The notes under the pieces: generated by a model
Databases searched by the model: none
Seen by the model: the letters and a program-made list of their open reading frames with translations, nothing else
Told to the model about the DNA's origin: nothing
Part shown: positions 17,557 to 26,253 of the stretch, one piece after another
Numbering within the stretch: the stretch's first letter is position 1
Layout: each line of letters starts with the position of its first letter
Origin: a virus
DNA: 48,160 bases
Virus genome (UHGV): UHGV-1333633
Direction: 5' to 3' (one strand)
Position numbers and translations under genes: made by a program

Positions 17557-18681
17557 CTATTTTCGGGAAAATACATTTTTAATTACACGTTCATCAACCT
17601 GTTCCAGCTTGACACCCGTGACAGGTGTTTCAGCGTACTGCTCAATAACGGACGGGTCGATACCTTTTTTCACACACTGTGCAGGTGTGTCCAGTTCCTG
17701 CGGCTTACGAAGATTTTGCCCTAACAAATCCCCCATCATAATCACCTGGTCCACCGGAACATCTTTCTTCCAGCGCTTACGACCGTATGTGGTTTTAGCG
17801 GTGTAGAATGTCACATGTTGACCCTGCTTAATCTCATGCAGTGCTTGTTCCTCCAGACCACTGAGACGCATTTTAATCATCTCCTGTGCACGCTGCAGGA
17901 GTCGCAACTCAACACCCAGCGCGTGACCAGACAAGCTGTGCGTCTGCAGCGACATTGCGTAGTCCACACCAGCGTAACTCTGTTGCTTCAGTGTGTCACA
18001 GTGTGCACGTGCGCTACAGTCGAGGCAATGTGGTCCGGGCGCACACATTGGCGCGGTGTCCAGAACACGGGGCATCGTCTCGTTCACATGCTGCCGGTAC
18101 GCACACAGCCCATCGTATGTGAGCACCCATTTACGCACCGTACCCTCACTAGTGAATCCACGTGGCTGCACGATGACCAGTTCGATAATGTCCGGCGGCG
18201 ACTGGAATTGTTCACAGATGCTAAACGCTTCAATTAACAGTTGCCAGTTTTCAAACGGGTCAACAATGCGGTGACCGAATTTAGCGTCCCAGACGCGCAA
18301 CACCTTTCCTTCCGGTACATACACCCACGCATCGGGAATACAGTACCAGTCACCGTAACCCGGGACAGGACACACTTCTTCGACGTGAAGGTCGTGCACT
18401 CGTCCGTGAGTGTTACAATAACCCCACACCTCGTTAAAATACTCACGGGCAGCGTCAAACAGTTCATCTGTGATGACAATCCCATCCTTTGACAGACTGC
18501 CCACCAGTTCACTGAATGGCTCATTTTTGAATAACTTCTGAGCCACTTCGTGTGCGGCACGTCCCTCGAGACGTGACTGCGACGGTTCGACGTCCAGTGG
18601 CGGATAAGCCTGTTGCGCCCGGAATGACCCGTTACAGACCATCCATTGTCCGGCGTCAGATACTTTGGGTAAGTTACTCAT
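17557..18681 (-). CDS. PD-(D/E)xK nuclease, DUF2800/Cas4-like, with C-terminal Cys cluster
   Basis: N-terminus GQWMVCNGS matches the RW-x-CPGS signature of DUF2800. Cys cluster CLDCSARAHCDTL. Confidence 0.5.
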   Translation of the reverse strand: MSNLPKVSDAGQWMVCNGSFRAQQAYPPLDVEPSQSRLEGRAAHEVAQKLFKNEPFSELVGSLSKDGIVITDELFDAAREYFNEVWGYCNTHGRVHDLHVEEVCPVPGYGDWYCIPDAWVYVPEGKVLRVWDAKFGHRIVDPFENWQLLIEAFSICEQFQSPPDIIELVIVQPRGFTSEGTVRKWVLTYDGLCAYRQHVNETMPRVLDTAPMCAPGPHCLDCSARAHCDTLKQQSYAGVDYAMSLQTHSLSGHALGVELRLLQRAQEMIKMRLSGLEEQALHEIKQGQHVTFYTAKTTYGRKRWKKDVPVDQVIMMGDLLGQNLRKPQELDTPAQCVKKGIDPSVIEQYAETPVTGVKLEQVDERVIKNVFSRK

Positions 18682-18685
18682 CGTC

Positions 18686-19542
18686 TCACTCCCCCAAATG
18701 CGCTTTAACGCGTGCCACGAACGGACCGATTTTATCCGGGTGGGCGTTCAGTTCCTGTACCGATGACATGCCGTCCTGCGCCAGCAATGTGTTCACCGTT
18801 ACCACATCAATCTTACCGTGACGCTCGGTCAGGAAGGTCATGAGGCGCGGGAAGTCCCACTCGGTTACTTCCGGTACAGGTGGTGCAACAACTACCGGAG
18901 GCGGTACAGGGATTGGCGGAATACCCGCAACAGTTTGCTCAGTTACCACGCCTGCGTCAGTGTGGAAGTCATCGCCCGGTGGTGTTACAGGTGGTTCGAC
19001 TTCTTCACGTGTCGGTTCGCCAATTTCCAGGGGGTCCAGGGTTTTAACTTCTTCATCGGTCATTACTGGTGTTTGAGTATGCAACTCACCCTTAACTGAC
19101 TCAACAAATGCCGCCCATTCCAGTTCATCCATATCCTTCGGCTTACGACGCAGACGCCACGTACCGTCCGCATTGAGCGCCTTACTGGTGGAGTGGATAC
19201 GCTCGTCCCACGGTGTACCGGTTGAGTCGGTGGTGGAAGGTGCTTGCTCTTCATCGTCTCCCATTGGTGCAGCCAGTGACTCAACCTGTTGAGCAGTCGT
19301 ATCGACTTCCGGCTCACCCATCATTTGTGGCGCGGCTTGCATTAATTCACCAGTGGCACCATTGAGACGCTCCAGCGCGGCAGTCGCTTCGCTCGTGTCA
19401 ATGTTCAACTTATACGACAGTTCGCCGACAGTCTTACGTGGCTCAGCACCGTGCGCCAGTGCCATTTCTTCCAGTGCTTTACCAAACGCACGCAGCGCGA
19501 TGTGGTCGTCGTTTGGGATGGTTAAGGTGATATTGCTCATGT
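18686..19542 (-). CDS. hypothetical acidic/Pro-rich protein with GTPWDERIH motif
   Basis: Start MSNITLTIP follows RBS ggaggacagagagac. Low-complexity acidic and PPVVVAPPVP segments. Motif DSTGTPWDERIHSTS. Confidence 0.5.
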
Positions 19543-19587
19543 CTCTCTGTCCTCCATTGTTGTCGATGTGGTGAACTCTATACCACC

Positions 19588-19603
19588 ATGACGCACTCGT
19601 CAA
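19588..19603 (-). promoter_or_regulatory. palindrome ATGACGCACTCGTCAA. Minus promoter TTGACG-17-TAGAGT for the 18686..19542 gene.
   Basis: Hexamers read on the reverse complement. Confidence 0.5.
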
Positions 19604-19643
19604 CACTATTTTAAATTTGACACGGGGAGGGTGGTGATGCACA

Positions 19644-19910
19644 ATGACGGGAGCGTCAATAACAACGGAGAACGGAGAGATGATTAACGATAACTACAGG
19701 GCGAGAGCAACCCGTGCAGAACAAGAATCGGCGAAATTGCGTGAAGAATTAGCAAAACGACCCAATTATGAGTGGTTTGTTGAACTGGTTCGCAAACATT
19801 TGAAACAAGAGGAAGGTGTTTGTCCTCAACGTTTGGCACATCAAGTTAAACAACTGAAAGAGGCGAGTACCAAACGTAGACAAAATCGGGAGTGTGCAGA
19901 AGATGAGTAA
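19644..19910 (+). CDS. hypothetical protein
   Basis: 88-aa ORF with RBS gggagggtgg. Confidence 0.4.
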   Translation: MTGASITTENGEMINDNYRARATRAEQESAKLREELAKRPNYEWFVELVRKHLKQEEGVCPQRLAHQVKQLKEASTKRRQNRECAEDE

Positions 19911-20100
19911 AAATAATACTGCATATTGGAGTTTATCACTCGATGTCACCTGCCCGAAATGTGGTCATTATTTTGACTTACTATGTGACCCTGATTTTTG
20001 GGAGTTCTCTGGTGCGAAACAGGTTTGTGAACCAATTGAAGGTTATGAAACGTGCTGTCCAGAGTGTGACCACGAATTTAAAACTGACTTCGTGTATTGA
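19894..20100 (+). CDS. small zinc-ribbon protein
   Basis: CPKCGH...CCPECDH forms a C4 pair. Confidence 0.45.
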   Translation: MQKMSKNNTAYWSLSLDVTCPKCGHYFDLLCDPDFWEFSGAKQVCEPIEGYETCCPECDHEFKTDFVY

Positions 20101-20108
20101 GGTGCGAC

Positions 20109-20267
20109 ATGAAAATTAAACAACTGCTCCGGCCGTCTTACGGCTGGTACAAGTCGACCAGTCGTAAGGACAAATGGTTCCTCGACGACGTGCAGATACC
20201 GATGTATGTGGCACGTAAACTAATCAGAAAGGCAGGCTTTAAACCGAACCAACACGCTCAAATATGA
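20109..20267 (+). CDS. small ORF (52 aa), basic
   Basis: RBS gaggtg-cgac-ATG. Below the ORF-track length cutoff. Confidence 0.3.
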   Translation: MKIKQLLRPSYGWYKSTSRKDKWFLDDVQIPMYVARKLIRKAGFKPNQHAQI

Positions 20268-20281
20268 ATACCGGGGTCAGA

Positions 20282-20434
20282 TGTACGACATTCGTGAATT
20301 ATCAGAATTGTCAGGTATAAACTATTACACCCTGAAAGGCCGATTGACGCACTATGGGTGGACTGTTGAACGGGCAATTTCTGAACCGTCTTTCAAAGGT
20401 AAGAATCAGACATATAAAGGTGCGGTAGAATGTT
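20282..20434 (+). CDS. small HTH-like ORF (50 aa)
   Basis: DIRELSELSGINYYTLKGRL is helix-turn-helix-like. Overlaps the helicase start. Confidence 0.3.
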
Positions 20435-22103
20435 AATAATGCGACCATACCAGCGGGATGCAATTGATAATGTGTATGCAAACTGGGCTGTCGGTAAACG
20501 ATTCGTAGTGCTTGTCATGCCAACCGGAAGCGGGAAAGCGTCCGTACTATGTGAGATTGCTAGAATCGAAGCGGCGCGCGGTCAGCGCGTCTTGATTACT
20601 GCTCATCGTTCGGAATTAATATCACAGTTGAGTAATACGCTGGCGAGAAACGAACTTCGTCATAATATAATCGCAGCACATCCGACAATAAAATATTCAA
20701 TCAGACTACACATGGAAGACCACGGGCGAACGTATTATGACCCATCGGCGAAAATTACCGTGGCTTCTGTGCAGTCTGTTAAACAGTCTCATATTGATGA
20801 ACTCAAGGCTTATAAGAATAAACTAACAATTATAGGTGATGAGTTTCACCATTATACGCGCGACTCTAAAACGTGGGGTGGTGTTTTCACGCCTCTGGAT
20901 GAAGCTGGCGCGCAGGGTCTGGGACTTACAGCCACACCGTGCCGTGCCGATGGAAAAGGTTTGTCGCGTGAAACAGACGGGTACGGGGACGCACTCGTTA
21001 TCGGTCCGGGGATGCGTGACCTTATCGAAATGGGTTTTTTGGTTGATTACAAAATCTATTGTCCGCCATCTGACCTACATCTTGATAAAGTTAAAGTCAG
21101 CGCTACAACTGGCGATTACGCGGAAAAAGAACTCAAGGAGGAGATTGGTAAGTCTCATATCGTGGGGGACATTGTTCAACACTGGCTTAAATTTACCCCC
21201 GGTAAACGCGGTGTAACTTTCACCGTTGGTGTGGATATGGCGGAAGAAGTTGCCGATGCGTATCGCGCAAAAGGTGTACCTGCGGTAGCCGTATCGGGAC
21301 GCATGAAAGACAGTGAACGTATTCAGGCACTACGTGATATTGCCAGCGGAAAAGTTTTACAAATTGTAAACGACAGCGTTCTGACAGAGGGAACTGACGT
21401 AAGTTCACTCGAAGTGGTGTCATTTGCACGCCCTACACAAAGTTATGCGCTTTTTTGCCAGATGTTCGGACGAGGTACACGTACCAGTCCTGATACTGGA
21501 AAGACACATCTCACAGTTATCGACGCCGTGTCAAATGTCATGCGCCACGGTTTACCAGATGCACCGCGTGAGTGGAGTCTTGACCGTCGGGAGCGTCGCA
21601 CGGGTAAAAGTGAACCATCGACGGTGCGCGTGTGTACAGCTTGTGCAGCGGTGTACGAGCGGTTCCGTGACACATGCCCGGACTGCGGTGAGCCTGTACC
21701 AAAACCGGCAGACCGTTCCGGACCGATACAGGTAGACGGAGACCTGTACGAGCTCGACCAGGACGTACTTACACGGATGCGTAATGAGGTTGTGGGAGCA
21801 CGTGAGACACCTGAGGCGATGCGTGACAGACTGACTGCACAACACGTGCCACCCGCTGGGGTGATGGCTAATGTCAAGCGTCAAAGTGAGCGCCTGGAAG
21901 TGCTGGGACGACTGGATGGTCTGATGGCGACTATTGCCGGTTACTGGCGACACGACGGCATGAGCGACAAAGAAATATTTCGTAAATTTTTCCTGACTTA
22001 CCATATCGACTGGTTAAGTGCACAAGGCCTGAAAAAAGATGATGCACTAACACTTATGGAAAAAATACAAAATGACGTTGACGGACTCGTCAAAACGCAC
22101 TAA
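20430..22103 (+). CDS. SF2 DNA helicase (DEAD/DEAH box) with C-terminal zinc ribbon
   Basis: Motif I VMPTGSGKAS, motif II IGDEFHH, motif VI QMFGRGTR. C4 ribbon CTACAAV...CPDCG. Confidence 0.8.
   Translation: MLIMRPYQRDAIDNVYANWAVGKRFVVLVMPTGSGKASVLCEIARIEAARGQRVLITAHRSELISQLSNTLARNELRHNIIAAHPTIKYSIRLHMEDHGRTYYDPSAKITVASVQSVKQSHIDELKAYKNKLTIIGDEFHHYTRDSKTWGGVFTPLDEAGAQGLGLTATPCRADGKGLSRETDGYGDALVIGPGMRDLIEMGFLVDYKIYCPPSDLHLDKVKVSATTGDYAEKELKEEIGKSHIVGDIVQHWLKFTPGKRGVTFTVGVDMAEEVADAYRAKGVPAVAVSGRMKDSERIQALRDIASGKVLQIVNDSVLTEGTDVSSLEVVSFARPTQSYALFCQMFGRGTRTSPDTGKTHLTVIDAVSNVMRHGLPDAPREWSLDRRERRTGKSEPSTVRVCTACAAVYERFRDTCPDCGEPVPKPADRSGPIQVDGDLYELDQDVLTRMRNEVVGARETPEAMRDRLTAQHVPPAGVMANVKRQSERLEVLGRLDGLMATIAGYWRHDGMSDKEIFRKFFLTYHIDWLSAQGLKKDDALTLMEKIQNDVDGLVKTH
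22078..22093 (+). promoter_or_regulatory. palindrome TTGACGGACTCGTCAA. Plus promoter TTGACG-17-TAACAT for the VRR-NUC/TetR/primase block.
   Basis: Lies in the last codons of the helicase gene. RBS ggag lies before the 22138 ATG. Confidence 0.5.
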
Positions 22104-22137
22104 CATGTTCCCGATGTGAATGAATTAGGAGTGTATC

Positions 22138-22608
22138 ATGAACAACCTTCTCGAATGGCAACGTAAACACAGTATCACAGGGGAGGCATTGGCTGACCTT
22201 GTGACGATGGTGGGATTGGATGCCCCACGCTCAACCAAAGATACACCCGAAGCGCGCGTACAGGATGAGGCGCGGCTGCTGGCAAGTAAGATGGGCTGGC
22301 GACTTTTTCGCAATAATTGCGGTGCGTTAAAAGACGAAAATGGTCGAGTTGTACGTTACGGTCTGTGCAACGACTCTTCAACGATGAACAAGCGTATCAA
22401 GTCGAGCGACCTCATCGGTATCCGCCCCGTGGTTATCACGCCTGATATGGTCGGGTTAACCATTGGACAGTTTGTGGCGCGTGAGGTGAAGAAAGCTGGC
22501 TGGAAATACAGGGGTACGGAACATGAAGAGGCACAGCTTGCGTTTGGGACGCTCATTATCGGGCTGGGCGGTGATTTTAAATTCTGGAATGGTGAGGAGG
22601 AGTTGTGA
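22138..22608 (+). CDS. VRR-NUC domain nuclease
   Basis: DLIGIRP...EVKK PD-(D/E)xK core typical of VRR-NUC. 156 aa. Confidence 0.6.
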   Translation: MNNLLEWQRKHSITGEALADLVTMVGLDAPRSTKDTPEARVQDEARLLASKMGWRLFRNNCGALKDENGRVVRYGLCNDSSTMNKRIKSSDLIGIRPVVITPDMVGLTIGQFVAREVKKAGWKYRGTEHEEAQLAFGTLIIGLGGDFKFWNGEEEL

Positions 22609-22799
22609 TGACTGAGCAAGAACTCGAACGAAGATTGATTGCACTGGAAATAATGGAAGCGGTACTGCATATCCATGATTATTATTTTCCACGGCATGAG
22701 AAATGGTCGCCGGAATATCAATATGCAATCGAAGGTTTGCGAATAGCCAATAAATGTCAGGCTCTCATCGCACACGACCGGACACTATTGACCAGTTGA
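22605..22799 (+). CDS. hypothetical protein
   Basis: 64-aa ORF, ATGA-coupled to the VRR-NUC gene. Confidence 0.4.
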   Translation: MMTEQELERRLIALEIMEAVLHIHDYYFPRHEKWSPEYQYAIEGLRIANKCQALIAHDRTLLTS

Positions 22800-22811
22800 C
22801 CACACCGTCAA
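22796..22811 (+). promoter_or_regulatory. palindrome TTGACCACACCGTCAA. Plus promoter TTGACC-17-CATACT immediately upstream of the TetR-like gene.
   Basis: One mismatch to the family consensus. -10 at 22819..22824. Confidence 0.5.
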
Positions 22812-22853
22812 CCTGTGCCATACTGCAACAAATTACCTAATGGAACCGAAATT

Positions 22854-23132
22854 ATGAGCAAAGAACACATTCTGGAAGTAGCTTACACGATGGCACAGCG
22901 CGACGGCTTTGGTACTCTTACCCGCGATGGCGTGGCAGCCGAGGCTGGTGTGGCAATGGGCACCATCAACCATCACTGGGTCAGGATGGACGCACTTCGT
23001 GAGGCAGTGATGCAACGAGCAGTGGAAGAAGAAAACCTCGAACTGATTGGACAGGGTATTGCACTGGGTGACAACATCGCTAAGTCTGCACCACTGGAGC
23101 TACGTGCTCGCGCGTTGACCACCTTACTTTAA
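22854..23132 (+). CDS. TetR-family-like HTH transcriptional regulator (short, ~93 aa)
   Basis: ILEVAYTMAQRDGFGTLTRDGVAAEAGVAMGTINHHW fits the TetR_N HTH signature. Start taken at MSKEH, downstream of the promoter -10. Confidence 0.45.
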   Translation: MSKEHILEVAYTMAQRDGFGTLTRDGVAAEAGVAMGTINHHWVRMDALREAVMQRAVEEENLELIGQGIALGDNIAKSAPLELRARALTTLL

Positions 23133-23154
23133 TAACCAAAACGGAGAGACAGAG

Positions 23155-25512
23155 ATGACACATACGAATCCCCCTGTGCAGGGGGCTGATTCCCTGCACT
23201 TTATCGTCTGCAAAACAGTACCTTCACAGAAGAAACCAGGGCGCACGGAGAAGATGCCGTGTAATGCTGCTGGTGAAGTGGTCAGTCTGCACGTTGCGGA
23301 CCGCATGTCTCATGCTCAGGCGGTCGCGGCGGCTTCTGCACTGGGTGAGTCATATCGTCCCGCGGTCATTCTTACGGGTGATGGTCGTTTCTGCGTGGAT
23401 ATCGACGGTGCACTACAGGATGATAACACCTGGTCACCGCTCGCGCTGGAATTATGCACAACTTTTGCCGGTTGTTACGTGGAAGTGAGCAACAGCGGTA
23501 AAGGCTTGCACATTTTTGGTTACAGTCCGTCCATCCCTGAGCACAGCTGTAAAAATGTTCCACTGCACATCGAACTGTACACGTCCGACCGTTTCATCTG
23601 TCTGGGAAGTGGTGCACGGGGTGACATGATGTTTAACGCATCCGCACCGCTCAACGCCACGGTTGCCCGGTATTTCCCGCAGACCGAGCAAGTTGCAGCG
23701 GTGGAGTGGTCAACAACTCACGCCGAAGGTTCGTGTCCGATTGAGGACGACGCGAAACTCATCGAAAAAGCCTGTTCGAGTAAAGGTGGTGTCGCGGCTG
23801 TTTTCGGTGGTAAAGCAACATTTAAAGACCTGTGGACGCGTAACGTCGAGGTACTGAGTGATGCGTATCCGGATGAGGACCGCGAGTATGACGGGTCGAG
23901 CGCCGATGCCGCACTGGCCCAACATTTATCGTTCTGGACCGGTGGTAACTGTGAACGTATCGAACGCCTGATGCGTCTGTCTGCGCTGGCGCGTCCTAAA
24001 TGGGACAGTCACAAGTCGTACATGCGACGCACCATTCTGGGTGCTTGCGCACGTCAGACAACCTACTACAGCGTCGGCGCACCGATTGAACTGGTGACTC
24101 CCGCGCAGGTTGTCGAGACGGGTGCACCGGTTATCCGAAGCGGGTATCAATTCATTGGAGGCTCACAGCTTGTTGACCATTTCAAAGGCTGCGTGTATGT
24201 GGCAGACAGTCATCGCGTACTGACCCCAAATGGTCAAATGCTGAAATCGGAACAATTCGACGTTATGTATGGTGGTTACGCCTTCGCGTTAGACGACAGT
24301 AACGAAAAAACAACAAAGTCTGCCTTTGAAGCCTTCACACGGAGTCAGTGCATTATGTTCCCGAAGGTTGACCGCTCGACATTTCGTCCGGACTTGTCAC
24401 AGGGTGCCATCATTGAAGAAGATGGTTTGCGTCATGTCAACGTATACGTGCCGGTCACGGTGGCGAGCGTCCCGGGCGATGTGACACCTTTCCTCACTCA
24501 TCTGGCTAAACTTTTACCCGTCGAGCGCGACCGTGAGATTCTGTTGTCATACATGGCAGCGTGTGTGCAGTACAAGGGGACTAAATTTAAATGGGCACCA
24601 TTGCTCCAGGGTGTTGAGGGTAACGGTAAAACACTGTTCACACTGTGCGTAATGGAAGCGGTAGGTTCACGTTACAGCCACATGCCGCCAGCGCAGGAGA
24701 TTGGCGAGAAGTTCAACGCGTGGCTGTTCGATAAAATATTTATCGGCGTGGAAGATATTTACGTTCCGGAGCAGAAACTCGAACTGATTGAAACGCTCAA
24801 GCCGATGATTACCGGTGAGTACCTCGCTAAACGTGCGATGCAGCAGGACCAGGTAATGCACCGCCTGTGTGCTAACTTCATGTTTAACAGTAACCACAAG
24901 AACGCCGTGCGCAAGACGGCTAATGACCGCCGGTTCGCTATTTTCTACACCGCGCAGCAGGAGCATATCGACATCGTGCGCGACGGTATGGGTGGAGACT
25001 ACTTCCCCAACCTGTATGACTGGCTCAAACGTGGTGGTGGATTTGCAGCCGTGACGCATTATCTGGAGAACTACGCCATTCCCGCACAGTTTAACCCGGC
25101 GACACATTGTCAGCGTGCGCCAGAGACCAGCAGTACTCACGAGGCTGTGACAGCATCACTTGGCAGCGTCGAACAGGAAATCATGGAAGCAATTGACGAG
25201 GGTCGCCAGGGCTTTGCGGGTGGTTGGGTGAGCAGTAAGGCACTGGACAACCTGTTACGCCAGATGCGTGCCGACCGCGCTGTACCGGTGGGTAAACGTC
25301 GTGACATGATGCGTCAACTAGGTTACGACTGGCACCCGGCGCTCAAGGATGGACGCGTGAATAACGTGATAATGATTGACGGTGGTAAGCCACGGTTGTA
25401 CATCAAGATTGGACACATTCACGCTAACCTCACAAATGCAGCAGACGTGGCGCGCCATTACGCGGCGGCACAGGGTGATACGAGTACTATTGCCTTTGCG
25501 GAAACTAAATAA
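23155..25512 (+). CDS. primase-polymerase + SF3 helicase replication protein (P4 alpha / D5-like)
   Basis: Prim-pol motif VEVSNSGKGLHIFG. Walker A GVEGNGKT and Walker B FIGVEDI in the C-terminal half. 785 aa. Confidence 0.7.
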   Translation: MTHTNPPVQGADSLHFIVCKTVPSQKKPGRTEKMPCNAAGEVVSLHVADRMSHAQAVAAASALGESYRPAVILTGDGRFCVDIDGALQDDNTWSPLALELCTTFAGCYVEVSNSGKGLHIFGYSPSIPEHSCKNVPLHIELYTSDRFICLGSGARGDMMFNASAPLNATVARYFPQTEQVAAVEWSTTHAEGSCPIEDDAKLIEKACSSKGGVAAVFGGKATFKDLWTRNVEVLSDAYPDEDREYDGSSADAALAQHLSFWTGGNCERIERLMRLSALARPKWDSHKSYMRRTILGACARQTTYYSVGAPIELVTPAQVVETGAPVIRSGYQFIGGSQLVDHFKGCVYVADSHRVLTPNGQMLKSEQFDVMYGGYAFALDDSNEKTTKSAFEAFTRSQCIMFPKVDRSTFRPDLSQGAIIEEDGLRHVNVYVPVTVASVPGDVTPFLTHLAKLLPVERDREILLSYMAACVQYKGTKFKWAPLLQGVEGNGKTLFTLCVMEAVGSRYSHMPPAQEIGEKFNAWLFDKIFIGVEDIYVPEQKLELIETLKPMITGEYLAKRAMQQDQVMHRLCANFMFNSNHKNAVRKTANDRRFAIFYTAQQEHIDIVRDGMGGDYFPNLYDWLKRGGGFAAVTHYLENYAIPAQFNPATHCQRAPETSSTHEAVTASLGSVEQEIMEAIDEGRQGFAGGWVSSKALDNLLRQMRADRAVPVGKRRDMMRQLGYDWHPALKDGRVNNVIMIDGGKPRLYIKIGHIHANLTNAADVARHYAAAQGDTSTIAFAETK

Positions 25513-25532
25513 GCCCTTCGGGGCTTTTTTTT
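25511..25532 (+). terminator. intrinsic terminator agccc-ttcg-gggct + T8
   Basis: Read directly after the primase stop. Confidence 0.7.
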
Positions 25533-25542
25533 GCAATTAGTA

Positions 25543-25558
25543 TTGACGGACTCGTCAA
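25543..25558 (+). promoter_or_regulatory. palindrome TTGACGGACTCGTCAA. Plus promoter TTGACG-17-TATCTT.
   Basis: Identical to the 22078 site. Drives 25608 onward. Confidence 0.55.
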
Positions 25559-25607
25559 GGTGGGTTATCTTCAACTCATCGGAACAACAATTAAGGAGAC
25601 TAAACAA

Positions 25608-25781
25608 ATGAAAAATATCATCAGCCATCACAAACTGTCCGACATGATGGACAATATGACAGAGGTTCAGGCGCTGACCACACTGTCACGTATGCGTGCG
25701 CAGGCTGACCGGGACGGACTGTGTGTCACTCGTCTCATTGTTGAAGGTAAAGTACGGGAACAGTGGATATGGAAGCACTGA
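25608..25781 (+). CDS. hypothetical protein
   Basis: RBS aaggag. MKNIISHHKLSD... Confidence 0.4.
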   Translation: MKNIISHHKLSDMMDNMTEVQALTTLSRMRAQADRDGLCVTRLIVEGKVREQWIWKH

Positions 25782-25954
25782 GTTATTGCCAGCTGATGGA
25801 GCGCTGTTTAGCGGCTGAGGCGCGTGTTGCTGAGTTAGAGGAAACATTCAAATATCCGGTAGCTTACATCACCTATAAAGGCTATCTAATTCACGCTGGC
25901 GACCCAAAACTGAAAGAGTATAGCGACCCCACACCATTATATGAGGCACCTTAA
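25763..25954 (+). CDS. hypothetical protein
   Basis: 63-aa ORF overlapping its neighbours. Confidence 0.35.
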   Translation: MDMEALSYCQLMERCLAAEARVAELEETFKYPVAYITYKGYLIHAGDPKLKEYSDPTPLYEAP

Positions 25955-25956
25955 CC

Positions 25957-26253
25957 ATGATTAAATATTTACCACTTGTAGCGCTCCTGGCGGGCGCTCA
26001 GGTTAACGCAGCTGTTACTGCTGAGACAAATGAATCACGGGTTGCTAACCTGCTCTTTAACGGTTGCAGCGCTCAACGTGCACAGATGGGCGTGCAGGAA
26101 ATGATTAAACGGGCTAACCCGGGCGGTAATCCTGCAGCGACCGACCTTATCATCAAAGGTTACAAGTTCGGCATTGATTACCCGAATGTTGGTTGTAACC
26201 AGTTCTTTACGGTTGTTATCGACCAGTTAGTTAAAAGCCGGAGCAAAGTGTAA
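25957..26253 (+). CDS. small secreted protein (signal peptide, 2 Cys)
   Basis: MIKYLPLVALLAGAQVNAAV is a Sec signal with an AxA site. Confidence 0.5.
   Translation: MIKYLPLVALLAGAQVNAAVTAETNESRVANLLFNGCSAQRAQMGVQEMIKRANPGGNPAATDLIIKGYKFGIDYPNVGCNQFFTVVIDQLVKSRSKV

Noticed and set aside
20836-22004. ORFs in alternative frames within the helicase gene (20836..21216 +, 21443..21877 -, 21552..22004 -)
   Set aside because: Overlap a gene with clear SF2 motifs. Arg/Cys/His-rich shadow translations.
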